From an uncultured Gammaproteobacteria bacterium (GTDB lineage: Bacteria; Patescibacteriota; Patescibacteriia; JAQUQO01), in NCBI GenBank assembly GCA_964482065.1, contig CAYZWC010000001.1, positions 1 to 43,442 on the forward strand: DNA of 43,442 bases. Reading direction: 5' to 3'. The translations under genes and the position numbers were made by a program. How positions within the stretch are numbered: the stretch's first letter is position 1; every line of letters starts with the position of its first letter. The notes beneath the pieces were generated by a model that was given only the letters and a program-made list of their open reading frames with translations, ran no database searches and was not told where the DNA came from. Below, one piece after another: positions 6,935 to 16,193 of the stretch.

Positions 6935-8227
6935 ATGAAAATTTCAGTTATCGGGACAGGGTATGTTGGTCTTGTTACAGGCACGTGTTTTGCTGACATG
7001 GGCAATGATGTTATTTGTGTTGACATTGATGAAGAAAAAATAGAAAAATTAAAAAATGGTGTTATTCCTATTTATGAACCGGGACTTAGGGAGCTCGTGG
7101 AAAAAAATTCCGAGGCCGGGCGTTTGCATTTTACGACTGATATAGAAAAAGTTGTAGGAAATTCAGAATTGATTTTCTTGTGTGTAGGTACTCCGCCAAA
7201 AGAAAGTGGTTCAGCTGATTTAAAATATGTATATGAAGCGGCGCGAGAAATTGCTCAGAATCTAAATGGATATAAATTAATTATCAGTAAAAGCACTGTT
7301 CCTGTTGGCACTAACGGAAAAATAAAAAAGATAATAGGAAATTATTTTTTGGGAGAATTTGGAGTAGCCTCGAATCCCGAATTTTTACGAGAAGGTAGCG
7401 CTGTAGAAGATTTTTTAAACCCGGAAAGAATCATTATAGGCATCAATAATGAGAGAGATAAAAAAATATTGGAAAAACTTTATCAAAATTTTAATTGTCC
7501 TAAAATTTTTACAAATATAGAAAGCGCGGAAATGATAAAGTATGCTTCCAATGCCTTTTTGGCCACCAAAATTTCTTTTATAAATGAGATAGCTAACATT
7601 TGCGAAGTTGTGGGAGCTGATGTTTGTGATGTTGCCAAGGGTATGGGTATGGACAAAAGAATAGGCCCGGATTTTTTAAAAGCCGGAATTGGTTATGGCG
7701 GGTCTTGTTTCCCCAAGGATATTAGAGCACTACACCAAATTTCAGGTGTAAATGGTTATCAGTTTCAGCTTTTAAAATCCGTTATTGAAGTTAATAATAC
7801 TCAACGCTGGTATTTTTTCAGAAAAATAAAAAATATTTTGGGAGAATTAGAAGGCAAGAAAATAGCTATTTGGGGGCTGGCTTTTAAGCCCGATACAGAT
7901 GATATTAGAGAGTCGGTATCATTGGAGATTATAGATAAATTGTTGGATGAAGGGGCGAGGGTTTCCGCTTATGATCCAATGGCTTCCCAAAAAACTAAAG
8001 TGCTATTTCCAGAAGTTGAATATTGCGAAAATCATTTTGACCCTTTAGACTCGGCCGACGCATTGCTTCTTATAACCGAATGGGAAGAGTTTAGAGAAGC
8101 AGATCTGTCTAAAGTTAAAAATTTAATGAAAAGCCCTTTAATTTTTGATGGAAGAAATATTTATTGTCCCAAGAAAATGAAAAAAATGGGTTTTGAGTAT
8201 TTCGGCATGGGGCGACCCAATTTATAA
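6935..8227 (+). CDS. ugd: UDP-glucose 6-dehydrogenase
   Basis: 430-aa ORF with the N-terminal Rossmann motif ISVIGTGYVGLVTG, the catalytic Cys motif GYGGSCFPKD, and the C-terminal UDP-binding GLAFKPDTDDIRES. Confidence 0.9.
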   Translation: MKISVIGTGYVGLVTGTCFADMGNDVICVDIDEEKIEKLKNGVIPIYEPGLRELVEKNSEAGRLHFTTDIEKVVGNSELIFLCVGTPPKESGSADLKYVYEAAREIAQNLNGYKLIISKSTVPVGTNGKIKKIIGNYFLGEFGVASNPEFLREGSAVEDFLNPERIIIGINNERDKKILEKLYQNFNCPKIFTNIESAEMIKYASNAFLATKISFINEIANICEVVGADVCDVAKGMGMDKRIGPDFLKAGIGYGGSCFPKDIRALHQISGVNGYQFQLLKSVIEVNNTQRWYFFRKIKNILGELEGKKIAIWGLAFKPDTDDIRESVSLEIIDKLLDEGARVSAYDPMASQKTKVLFPEVEYCENHFDPLDSADALLLITEWEEFREADLSKVKNLMKSPLIFDGRNIYCPKKMKKMGFEYFGMGRPNL

Positions 8228-8247
8228 TTTAGTATTAATTTTAAAAT

Positions 8248-8433
8248 ATGAAAATTAAAATTGATAAGGAAAAATGTCTTAAATGTGGAACTTGCGTTTC
8301 GTTGTATCCTGAATATTTTCGCTTTGATGATGAAGGTAATGTGGAAATAATTGATGCGGGGAATGTTCCCGAAGATATAATTAGGCAGGCTTTAAGTACT
8401 TGTCCCGTGGAAGCTATAAGCCATGAAGAATAA
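8248..8433 (+). CDS. small single-cluster ferredoxin
   Basis: 61-aa ORF with CLKCGTC (CxxCxxC) plus a distal CP (TCPVEAI), the classical Fe-S ferredoxin pattern. Confidence 0.8.
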   Translation: MKIKIDKEKCLKCGTCVSLYPEYFRFDDEGNVEIIDAGNVPEDIIRQALSTCPVEAISHEE

Positions 8434-8450
8434 TTATTTTATTTAATATT

Positions 8451-8969
8451 ATGGATTTAAAATTAAAAATAAGAGAAATTCCGAATTGGCCCATAAAAGG
8501 GGTAAATTTTAAAGATATTACTACTTTATTGCAGGACGGAGAGGCTTTTAAATTTATAATTGATGAGATGGCAAAGCCCTTTTGCGATAAAGATATAGAC
8601 AAAATAGTGGTTATTGATGCTAGAGGATTTTTGTTAGGCACCCCCATTGCTTATAATCTGGGAGTTGGTATAAGTTTGGTTAGAAAAAAAAGCAAACTTC
8701 CTTATAAAACTATTGAGGGAAGTTTTGAGAAAGAATACGGTCCTGATACTATTGCCATGCATGAAGATACTATTAAAAAAGGAGAAAAAGTTTTAATTGT
8801 CGATGATTTATTGGCCACCGGCGGAACTATGGCCGCTACTATAAGAATGATAGAAAAATTGGGCGGTGATATAGTTGGTATTAGTTTAATTGTGGACTTG
8901 CCTTTTTTGGGCGGGAGTAAAAAATTAGGGGGATATAATATAAATTATTTAATAAGCTATGACAGTTAA
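8451..8969 (+). CDS. apt: adenine phosphoribosyltransferase
   Basis: 172-aa ORF with the PRPP-binding motif VLIVDDLLATGGT. Length and N-terminal FKDIT region are typical of Apt. Confidence 0.9.
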   Translation: MDLKLKIREIPNWPIKGVNFKDITTLLQDGEAFKFIIDEMAKPFCDKDIDKIVVIDARGFLLGTPIAYNLGVGISLVRKKSKLPYKTIEGSFEKEYGPDTIAMHEDTIKKGEKVLIVDDLLATGGTMAATIRMIEKLGGDIVGISLIVDLPFLGGSKKLGGYNINYLISYDS

Positions 8970-9699
8970 TAAGATAGGAGTAATCGGTGGCAGCGGGTTG
9001 GATGATCCGAAAATTTTTTCCGATTATCGAACAAAAGAAGTTAAGACCCCTTATGGTAATCCGGCCAGTGAGTTAACTTTAGGGAAAATAGGTGATATTG
9101 AGGTAGTGGTTGTGGCCCGTCATGGAAAGAAGCACACCATAATACCCACGCATGTACCTTTCCGCTCTAATATTTGGGCGTTAAAAGAAGAAGGATGCAC
9201 GCATATTTTGGCCACTACAGCGTGCGGGTCTTTATGTAAAAAAATAAAGCCGGGTGATCTTATTTTCATTGATCAGTTTATAGACAATACTAAACACCGT
9301 ATTCTTACTTTTTTTGAAGATAAGGTGATTCATACTCCTATGGCTGAACCTTTTGACAAGAATTTACGTGACAAACTTGTGGCGGCAGCTGAAAGATTAG
9401 ATTTGGATTTTCACTCGGAAGGAACAATGATAACTATTGAAGGTCCGAGATTCTCCACTAAAGCTGAATCTCATATGTTTCGTTCTTGGGGAGCAGATGT
9501 GATTAATATGTCCACGATCCCAGAAGTAATTTTAACTAACGAACTTGGCATCCCCTATCAGTCAATCGCTATGTCTACTGATTATGACTGTTGGAAAGAG
9601 GATGAAGATCCTGTGACTTTTGAAATGATTATGGAGAGAATGAAAGAAAATGCGGAAAAAGTTAAAAAATTATTAATTCAAACAATTGAAAATTTTTAG
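8959..9699 (+). CDS. mtnP: S-methyl-5'-thioadenosine phosphorylase (PNP/MTAP family)
   Basis: 246-aa ORF with IGVIGGSG, ARHGKKHTIIPTHVPFRSNIWALK, ATTACGSL and VINMSTIPE. It overlaps apt by 11 nt. Confidence 0.88.
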   Translation: MTVNKIGVIGGSGLDDPKIFSDYRTKEVKTPYGNPASELTLGKIGDIEVVVVARHGKKHTIIPTHVPFRSNIWALKEEGCTHILATTACGSLCKKIKPGDLIFIDQFIDNTKHRILTFFEDKVIHTPMAEPFDKNLRDKLVAAAERLDLDFHSEGTMITIEGPRFSTKAESHMFRSWGADVINMSTIPEVILTNELGIPYQSIAMSTDYDCWKEDEDPVTFEMIMERMKENAEKVKKLLIQTIENF

Positions 9700-9713
9700 A
9701 TAAAAAAATATTT

Positions 9714-11024
9714 ATGACCCAAGAATTAAGTAATTTAATTACAAACAAAGAAGCGAGAATAGCCGTGGTCGGACTTGGTTATGTCGGTCTTCCTCTGTCA
9801 GTAGAATTTGCCAAAGCTGGTTTTAAAGTTGTGGGGGTTGATAATTTTCAGGACAAAATAAATATGTTGATGCGGGGGGAGTCTTATATCGCCGATGTCT
9901 TATCAGAAGATTTAAAAAATGTGGTTGAGGAGAAAAAATTGATCGGCTCTTATTCTTTTGAAAATATTAGTGAAGCTGACGTGATTGTGATTTGTGTGCC
10001 CACTCCTTTGGATAATCATAAAGATCCCGATGTTTCTTATATAAAAGATGCTTGCAAAACAATCAGCCCCAAATTAAAAAAAGGATGTTTGGTAATTTTG
10101 GAAAGCACGACCTTCCCGGGAACTACAGAAGAGGTGGTCCAGCCGCTGCTCGAAGAACACGGTCTTCGAGCCGGTAAAGATTTTTATTTGGCTTTTTCTC
10201 CGGAAAGAGTTGACCCCGGAAATAAGAATTATAATACCAAAAATACTCCAAAAGTAGTTGGCGGCATCAATAAAGAGAGTACCGATTTGGCCGCTTTGGT
10301 TTACAGTTCTTTTAATGAGAGCGTTCATAAAGTAAGTTCTCCTAGGGTGGCGGAAATGGAAAAGCTTTTAGAAAATATTTTTCGTATTGTTAATGTTTCT
10401 TTAGTTAATGAAATGGCTCTTTTGGCTAACCGTATGGATATTGATATTTGGGAAGTAATTGAAGCGGCTGCGACCAAGCCTTACGGTTTTATGCCTTTTT
10501 ATCCCGGACCTGGCGCCGGTGGTCATTGTATTCCTTTGGATCCTTTTTATCTTTCATGGAAGGCTAAGGAATATAATTTTAATGCCAAATTTATTGAACT
10601 GGCGGGTGAAATTAATGACATGATGCCCCACTATATTCTAGTTAAAGCATTAAATGTTTTAAATCGGAGACAAAAATCACTAAACGGATCGAAAATTTTA
10701 GTTTTAGGTGTGGCCTATAAAAAAGATATCTCTGATGACCGTGAATCTCCAATTTTAAAAATAATAGAATTATTAAGACATAAAGGGGCCGAGGTTATAT
10801 ATAATGATCCTTACGTTAAAAAGATAACAGTAGCTAATGGTAAGGTTGAAGATTTGTATTCTCAGGAATTAACTGGAGAACTTCTTCGTGATGTCGATTT
10901 GGTTTTAATTGGTACGGATCATAGCTTTTATGATTATGATAAGATTCCCAAGGAAGCCCAACTGGTTGTGGATACAAGAAATGCCATCAAGAGTCGTGAA
11001 TTTAAAAATGTTTATCGTTTGTAG
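9714..11024 (+). CDS. UDP-N-acetyl-D-hexosamine (ManNAc/GlcNAc) 6-dehydrogenase family
   Basis: 436-aa ORF with the Rossmann motif IAVVGLGYVGLPLS, the catalytic Cys GAGGHCIPLDP, and GVAYKKDISDDRESP. This pattern is typical of the WecC/Cap5O/WbpA branch. The sugar substrate is not assignable by eye. Confidence 0.82.
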   Translation: MTQELSNLITNKEARIAVVGLGYVGLPLSVEFAKAGFKVVGVDNFQDKINMLMRGESYIADVLSEDLKNVVEEKKLIGSYSFENISEADVIVICVPTPLDNHKDPDVSYIKDACKTISPKLKKGCLVILESTTFPGTTEEVVQPLLEEHGLRAGKDFYLAFSPERVDPGNKNYNTKNTPKVVGGINKESTDLAALVYSSFNESVHKVSSPRVAEMEKLLENIFRIVNVSLVNEMALLANRMDIDIWEVIEAAATKPYGFMPFYPGPGAGGHCIPLDPFYLSWKAKEYNFNAKFIELAGEINDMMPHYILVKALNVLNRRQKSLNGSKILVLGVAYKKDISDDRESPILKIIELLRHKGAEVIYNDPYVKKITVANGKVEDLYSQELTGELLRDVDLVLIGTDHSFYDYDKIPKEAQLVVDTRNAIKSREFKNVYRL

Positions 11025-11047
11025 TTTTTAATTACCTCATTTTTTAT

Positions 11048-12010
11048 ATGAAAGTTTTAGTTACCGGCGGAGCCGGATTTATAGGTTCGCATTTAATAAA
11101 AAGGTTAATCGAGGGCGGAGACCAAGTTGTTTGTGTTGATAATTTTAATGATTATTATGATATCGGATTGAAAAGGGACAGAATAAAAATTTTTTTGGGC
11201 AAATTTGATTTTCCTGTTTATGAGATAAATTTAGATAATTATAAAGCCCTGGAAAATATTTTTGAAAATAATAAAATTGACGCTGTTTGCAATTTGGCCG
11301 CTCAGCCAGGAGTCCGTTTTTATTTTGCTCGGACTGATGCTTATCAGACTTACAAAGAAAGCAATTTAGATGGTTTTGTAAATTTGTTGGAGCTATCAAA
11401 AAAATATCAAGTTAAAAATTTTGTTTACGCCAGCACCTCTTCCGTTTACGGAGATAGCCAAGAATTCCCACTGCGGGAAGATTTGCCTACCGACAAGCCC
11501 CTTTCCCTCTATGCTGCTACCAAAAAAAGCAATGAAGTTTTGGCTCATACATATAGCCATCTTTTTAATTTGCCAACAACCGGCCTCAGATTTTTTAATG
11601 TTTACGGACCTTGGGGCAGACCAGATGGAGTCTATTATATTTGGACGAAAAATATTCTAAAAAACAAGCCTATCCAAGTTTTTGGCCACGGAGAGCAGGA
11701 AAGGGACTGGACTTATGTTGATGATATTATTACTGGCGTGGCAAAAGTCATCCATAAACCGCAGCCTTACGCTATGTATAATATAGGAAGGGGGAAACCG
11801 GAAAAACTTATGGATTTTCTACGTTACACGGAAAAATATTTAGGCAAAAAAGCGCAAACGGAAATGATGCCTCTTCAGCCGGGTGAAGTACAAAAAACAT
11901 ATTGTTCCGAAGAAAATTTGAAAAAAGATTTTGGCTACCAGCCACAAGTAAATATTAAGCAGGGAATTAAAGAATTTATTGAATGGTATAGGGGATATTA
12001 TCATATATAG
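11048..12010 (+). CDS. NAD-dependent nucleotide-sugar epimerase, UDP-glucuronate 4-epimerase-like
   Basis: 320-aa extended SDR with TGGAGFIGSHL, VDNFNDYYDIGLKRDR (CapI/UDP-GlcA epimerase-like) and the catalytic YAATKKS. Confidence 0.78.
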   Translation: MKVLVTGGAGFIGSHLIKRLIEGGDQVVCVDNFNDYYDIGLKRDRIKIFLGKFDFPVYEINLDNYKALENIFENNKIDAVCNLAAQPGVRFYFARTDAYQTYKESNLDGFVNLLELSKKYQVKNFVYASTSSVYGDSQEFPLREDLPTDKPLSLYAATKKSNEVLAHTYSHLFNLPTTGLRFFNVYGPWGRPDGVYYIWTKNILKNKPIQVFGHGEQERDWTYVDDIITGVAKVIHKPQPYAMYNIGRGKPEKLMDFLRYTEKYLGKKAQTEMMPLQPGEVQKTYCSEENLKKDFGYQPQVNIKQGIKEFIEWYRGYYHI

Positions 12011-12036
12011 AATATTAATTTTCAGATTTATAAAAA

Positions 12037-13716
12037 ATGATTAATATAAAAAAAATATATAAAGATTCCATTAGCTCCTTGTATAAAAAGTGGTGGTTTG
12101 TGTTGTATTTTATTTTTATAATAATTATTGCTACGACTGATCTTTCTTGGACGGAAAGAAGTCTGTTTTTTGTTTATTCGTTAATAATTTTTTTGGTTAT
12201 TGAACGAGTTGTAAAAATAAAAAAATACAATAATGCATTGAGACAAGCCGGTCCTTATTCGGAAAATAAATTTTTTTTGTATCTTTTAATTTTTTCCGTA
12301 ATTTTTATTATTGCCACCCGATTAGTTCTTTTTATACGTTTTGGTGAAGCTCCGCTTGGTTACGATACAGGTTATTATTTATCAAGATTTTTAAAATTTG
12401 ATATATCTCTATCTTCACACCGACCTTTGTTTTTAAGCATAGTTCCTCTGCATCGTTTGGGATTGCCGCCTTCGGCGGCGCTTCATGTTATGTATGTACT
12501 TTACCAATTTTTGATTGTCGGAGGTCTTTATATTTTTTTTCGTTTTTCTAACTTATCGAATAATTTAAAATTCACCGCCGCTGGTATTTTCTTTTTTGCT
12601 ATTTCGGCTACGCAGTTTTATGCTTATTGGTGGATGTTCGCCCAGCAGATATTTGCCTTAGGCCTTATGTTTGCCACCTTAGCGCTCCTTTTTAAAAAAC
12701 CTGTTTTAGCAATTCTCACCGGAGGATTGGGTATCATTATTCATACCCCAACTTTTGCGGTGTTTGGCTTTGCGTTGACAATTTTTTTTATTGTTTGGTC
12801 GGCAGCGGATATGATTAAGACAAAAAAATTGAATAAAAATTTTTTTATTATCATGGGCGCGGCTTTAGGCATGTTTTTGATTTTAGTAACTCTCTATACC
12901 GACGCTTTTCTATCATATGTTAATTATATTGTCGAGCATCGTGGATTAACCACCACTTTTCCTGTCTGGGAAGTACCTGAAGCAAAGGGGCTATTCATTA
13001 GTGTGCCTTATTTTAAGCTTTTAAGCTTAATTATAATACCTTTTACTTTGATAGGTCTTTTACGACCTTCGTTATGGGGCAGACCTCTTAGAAAAAATAA
13101 TAATAGTTTTTCGTTTGAAATATTATTATTATTCCTATACATTATCTTTATAACCCTGCTTATTTTGATCTCCTTTCCTTTTATTTACCAAAATCGCTTT
13201 ATTATAATTTTTGATCTTTTTCTTATTATCTTTGCCACTCCCACGTTTGTTAGTTTTACCCGTTATTTTTTTAAAGAGAAATTTGGCTCGGTTATTTTGA
13301 TTATGTTTTTATTAACTCTTTTTGTGCGTTCCGGTATTATAGTTTGGGAACAAAAACCTTATATATATAATAATGAATTGCAGGATATCAAAAACGTTGC
13401 TTTGTGTACCGAGAAAAATGTTTATATTATGGCCACTCTAAATACCTATGCTCCCTGGGTAGCTGGATATTCTCGCCGCCCGTCGATTGGTCCCGGTCTC
13501 GGTTATGATCTGTGGGATTTGCCGCAATGGATAGAATTTTGGGAAAGTGAGGACAATAATAGAAGATTAGAATTATTAAATATGTATGATTATCCTCTTT
13601 ATATTTTCTTAAGTTCCCACCAAGATTCCTCATTACCATTTTATCAATTTATAATAAGTGATAGCCATTTTACCAAAATTAATAGTCATATTTGGAAATA
13701 TAACCCAGGAATATGA
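12037..13716 (+). CDS. polytopic membrane protein, possible GT-C-fold glycosyltransferase
   Basis: 559-aa ORF with about 12 or more hydrophobic helices over the first ~430 aa, followed by a ~120-aa soluble C-terminal domain. This architecture resembles the ArnT/PMT/oligosaccharyltransferase type. No diagnostic motif was confirmed. Confidence 0.4.
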   Translation: MINIKKIYKDSISSLYKKWWFVLYFIFIIIIATTDLSWTERSLFFVYSLIIFLVIERVVKIKKYNNALRQAGPYSENKFFLYLLIFSVIFIIATRLVLFIRFGEAPLGYDTGYYLSRFLKFDISLSSHRPLFLSIVPLHRLGLPPSAALHVMYVLYQFLIVGGLYIFFRFSNLSNNLKFTAAGIFFFAISATQFYAYWWMFAQQIFALGLMFATLALLFKKPVLAILTGGLGIIIHTPTFAVFGFALTIFFIVWSAADMIKTKKLNKNFFIIMGAALGMFLILVTLYTDAFLSYVNYIVEHRGLTTTFPVWEVPEAKGLFISVPYFKLLSLIIIPFTLIGLLRPSLWGRPLRKNNNSFSFEILLLFLYIIFITLLILISFPFIYQNRFIIIFDLFLIIFATPTFVSFTRYFFKEKFGSVILIMFLLTLFVRSGIIVWEQKPYIYNNELQDIKNVALCTEKNVYIMATLNTYAPWVAGYSRRPSIGPGLGYDLWDLPQWIEFWESEDNNRRLELLNMYDYPLYIFLSSHQDSSLPFYQFIISDSHFTKINSHIWKYNPGI

Positions 13717-14135
13717 AAAAATCCGCTATAAATTTTATTAAAAATTTTTTTATTATAATTATTATATTGTTTATTTTGTCTGGAGTTTTAATGATTTGGT
13801 TTTCTTTGCTGGATTCATTGCGTATTGTTTTTGGAGCATTTTCCGTGTTAGCATTACCTGGATTTTTTTTAAGTTACATCTTTTTTCCAAATGCTGCACC
13901 ATATACAGAACAGCCGGATGTTAAAAATTCAAAATCGTTGGATTATATTGAGAGGGGTATCCTCAGTTTATTTTTTTCCATTTCTATGGTAACATTAGCA
14001 TTGACTTTTTTGCGCCGTATTGAGATTATTCTTTCCCCTTTTATTATAACGATGGTTGTTTTGGTTATTAATGTTGTATGTTTAGTTGGCGCTTTACTTG
14101 TGCATTGGCGTTGGCGTTTAAACAAAAGTAAATAA
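13713..14135 (+). CDS. small 4-TM membrane protein of unknown function
   Basis: 140-aa ORF with four clear hydrophobic segments. Its start overlaps the preceding stop (ATGA), implying translational coupling. Confidence 0.5.
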   Translation: MKKSAINFIKNFFIIIIILFILSGVLMIWFSLLDSLRIVFGAFSVLALPGFFLSYIFFPNAAPYTEQPDVKNSKSLDYIERGILSLFFSISMVTLALTFLRRIEIILSPFIITMVVLVINVVCLVGALLVHWRWRLNKSK

Positions 14136-14143
14136 TTATTTAT

Positions 14144-14944
14144 ATGAATAATTTGTCAAAATTAGAAAATCAAAGCATTTATATAATACGCGAAGCCTAT
14201 AACCAATTTAAGAACGTGGCTCTACTTTGGTCCATTGGTAAGGATTCGACCACTCTTTTGTGGCTTTGCCGCAAAGCTTTTTATGGGAAGCTACCTTTCC
14301 CGGTTTTACATTTGGATACCGGTTATAAATTTAAAGAGATTTATAATTTTAGGGAGAAGTATGCCAAAGAGTGGGGGCTAGATTTAATAGTAGAAAAAAA
14401 TCAAGCCGTTTTGGATGCGGGCATGGGTCCGGAAAAGGGAAATTTGAAATGTTGCACCGCCCTGAAGACAAATAATTTAAAACAGGCAATTAGCAAGCAT
14501 CAATTTCAGGCTCTTTATTTAGCAATTCGTCGTGATGAGCACGGCATCAGAGCTAAAGAAAGAATTTTTAGTCCGCGCGACGATGAATTTTCTTGGAATT
14601 ATAAAAATCAGCCGCCGGAGCTTTGGGATCAATATAAAACCAAGGCTAAAGAAGAAGAGCACCTTCGCGTTCATCCCATGCTTGCCTGGAGAGAAATAGA
14701 TATTTGGGAATACACCAAAAGAGAAAATATTCCCGTTGCCGATTTGTATTTTGCCAAAAACGGCAAAAGATACAGAAGCATTGGCTGCGCACCCTGTTGT
14801 TCCCCTGTTGATTCCGAGGCCGATACTTTGGATAAAATTATTGAGGAATTAAAAACCACTAATGTCTCTGAAAGGAGCGGCCGGTCTCAAGATAAAGAAT
14901 CTGATTATATGATGCAGAAATTAAGAAGTTTGGGATACATGTAA
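14144..14944 (+). CDS. cysD: sulfate adenylyltransferase subunit 2
   Basis: 266-aa ORF that is collinear with CysD: LENQSIYIIRE, LWSIGKDSTTLL, PFPVLHLDTGYKFKE, RRDEHGIRAKERIFSPRD, NQPPELW, SERSGRSQDKE and LGYM at the C-terminus. Confidence 0.88.
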   Translation: MNNLSKLENQSIYIIREAYNQFKNVALLWSIGKDSTTLLWLCRKAFYGKLPFPVLHLDTGYKFKEIYNFREKYAKEWGLDLIVEKNQAVLDAGMGPEKGNLKCCTALKTNNLKQAISKHQFQALYLAIRRDEHGIRAKERIFSPRDDEFSWNYKNQPPELWDQYKTKAKEEEHLRVHPMLAWREIDIWEYTKRENIPVADLYFAKNGKRYRSIGCAPCCSPVDSEADTLDKIIEELKTTNVSERSGRSQDKESDYMMQKLRSLGYM

Positions 14945-14951
14945 ATATTTT

Positions 14952-16193
14952 ATGTCTAATAAAAAAGATAGTTTAAAATTTGTAATTATTGGCCATGTTG
15001 ACCACGGCAAATCCACTTTGATAGGACGATTGCTTTATGATACTAATTCTCTTTCGCCAGAAAAGATTATGGAGATGGAAAAATGTTCCAGCGACTTGGG
15101 AAGGAAGTCGGAGTTTGCTTTTATTCTGGATCATCTTGAAGAAGAGCGCAGCCAGGGCATTACCATTGATACCGCCCAGATTTTTTTTGATACGCCGGAA
15201 AGGGAATATGTCATCATTGATGCTCCGGGTCATGTGGAATTTGTAAAAAATATGATTACCGGAGCTTCCCAAGCCGACGCGGCCATTTTGATAGTTAGCG
15301 GTAAAGAAGGCATGCAGGAGCAAACCAGGCGGCATTCTTATATTTTAAGTTTATTGGGGATTAAGCAGGTTGCCGTAGCGGTGAATTTATGGGAGGATCA
15401 ATTGCCCGGTGCCGAGGATGATTTTAAAAAAATAAAAAAGGAAATTGAAGAGTTTTTCGGCAAGATTAATATCAGCGCTGGCTGCATTGTTCCGATTGTC
15501 GCCACCGAAGGAGATAATATAGCTTCCAAGTCTGAAAGATTTAAATGGTATCGGGGCGAGACTATTTTGGAAGTCCTGGCTGATTTTAAATCAGCTCCGG
15601 TTCTTGAAGAAAAACCTTTGTATTTTGCCGTGCAGGATGTTTATAAAATAGAAGATAAAAGGATTTACGCCGGACGGGTAGAGTCGGGGTTTTTGAAAGA
15701 GGAACAAAAAATTAATATTTATCCTGAAAAGACATCCACCACGGTTAAAAGCATTGAAAAATTTCAGGAATCGGTATCCGAAGCCGGCCCGGGAGAAGCT
15801 GCGGGTTTTACCACCGCTGATCCGGTCTTTATAGACCGCGGCAATATTATTTGCGAGGCCGGGTTTCAACCGTATATTACTAAAGAATTTCAAGCCAGTA
15901 TTTTTTGGATGAATAAAAAACCACTCAAGGCGGGAGAGATTGTCGTATTAAAATGCGCTTGCCAAGAAGTGAGCGCGCATTTGGAAATTAAAAAAATAAT
16001 TAATTCTTCCACCCTGGAAGAACAGAATAGAACAGAAAACAATTTAGAAAATTTAGAAGTTGCCGAAGCTATTGTAAAAATGAAAAAGTCGGTTGTAGTT
16101 ACCAAATTCAGCAATATCCAAGAAATAGGGAGATTTGTTTTGCTCCGCGACGATGATATTTGCGCCGGAGGAATTATTACACAAATTTTATGA
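14952..16193 (+). CDS. cysN: sulfate adenylyltransferase subunit 1 (EF-Tu-like GTPase), with no fused APS kinase domain
   Basis: 413-aa ORF with G1 (GHVDHGKST), G2 (RSQGITID), G3 (DAPGH) and EF-Tu-like domains II/III. The G4 position reads NLWE instead of NKxD. The protein ends after domain III. Confidence 0.8.
   Translation: MSNKKDSLKFVIIGHVDHGKSTLIGRLLYDTNSLSPEKIMEMEKCSSDLGRKSEFAFILDHLEEERSQGITIDTAQIFFDTPEREYVIIDAPGHVEFVKNMITGASQADAAILIVSGKEGMQEQTRRHSYILSLLGIKQVAVAVNLWEDQLPGAEDDFKKIKKEIEEFFGKINISAGCIVPIVATEGDNIASKSERFKWYRGETILEVLADFKSAPVLEEKPLYFAVQDVYKIEDKRIYAGRVESGFLKEEQKINIYPEKTSTTVKSIEKFQESVSEAGPGEAAGFTTADPVFIDRGNIICEAGFQPYITKEFQASIFWMNKKPLKAGEIVVLKCACQEVSAHLEIKKIINSSTLEEQNRTENNLENLEVAEAIVKMKKSVVVTKFSNIQEIGRFVLLRDDDICAGGIITQIL

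Noticed and set aside
16160-16189. Upstream-extended starts given by the ORF track: 16160, 18467, 21684, 28440 and 37460.
   Set aside because: Each extension overlaps the preceding gene by 20-65 nt and adds non-homologous residues. In each case a downstream ATG gives a canonical family N-terminus and an ATGA overlap or a short gap. The preferred starts are 16190, 18533, 21699, 28464 and 37505.
14952-16193. A hidden APS kinase (CysC) domain fused to CysN, as in NodQ or many CysNC proteins.
   Set aside because: The ORF is only 413 aa and ends right after EF-Tu-like domain III (GRFVLLRDDDICAGGIITQIL). There is no second P-loop anywhere in it or in the neighbouring ORFs.
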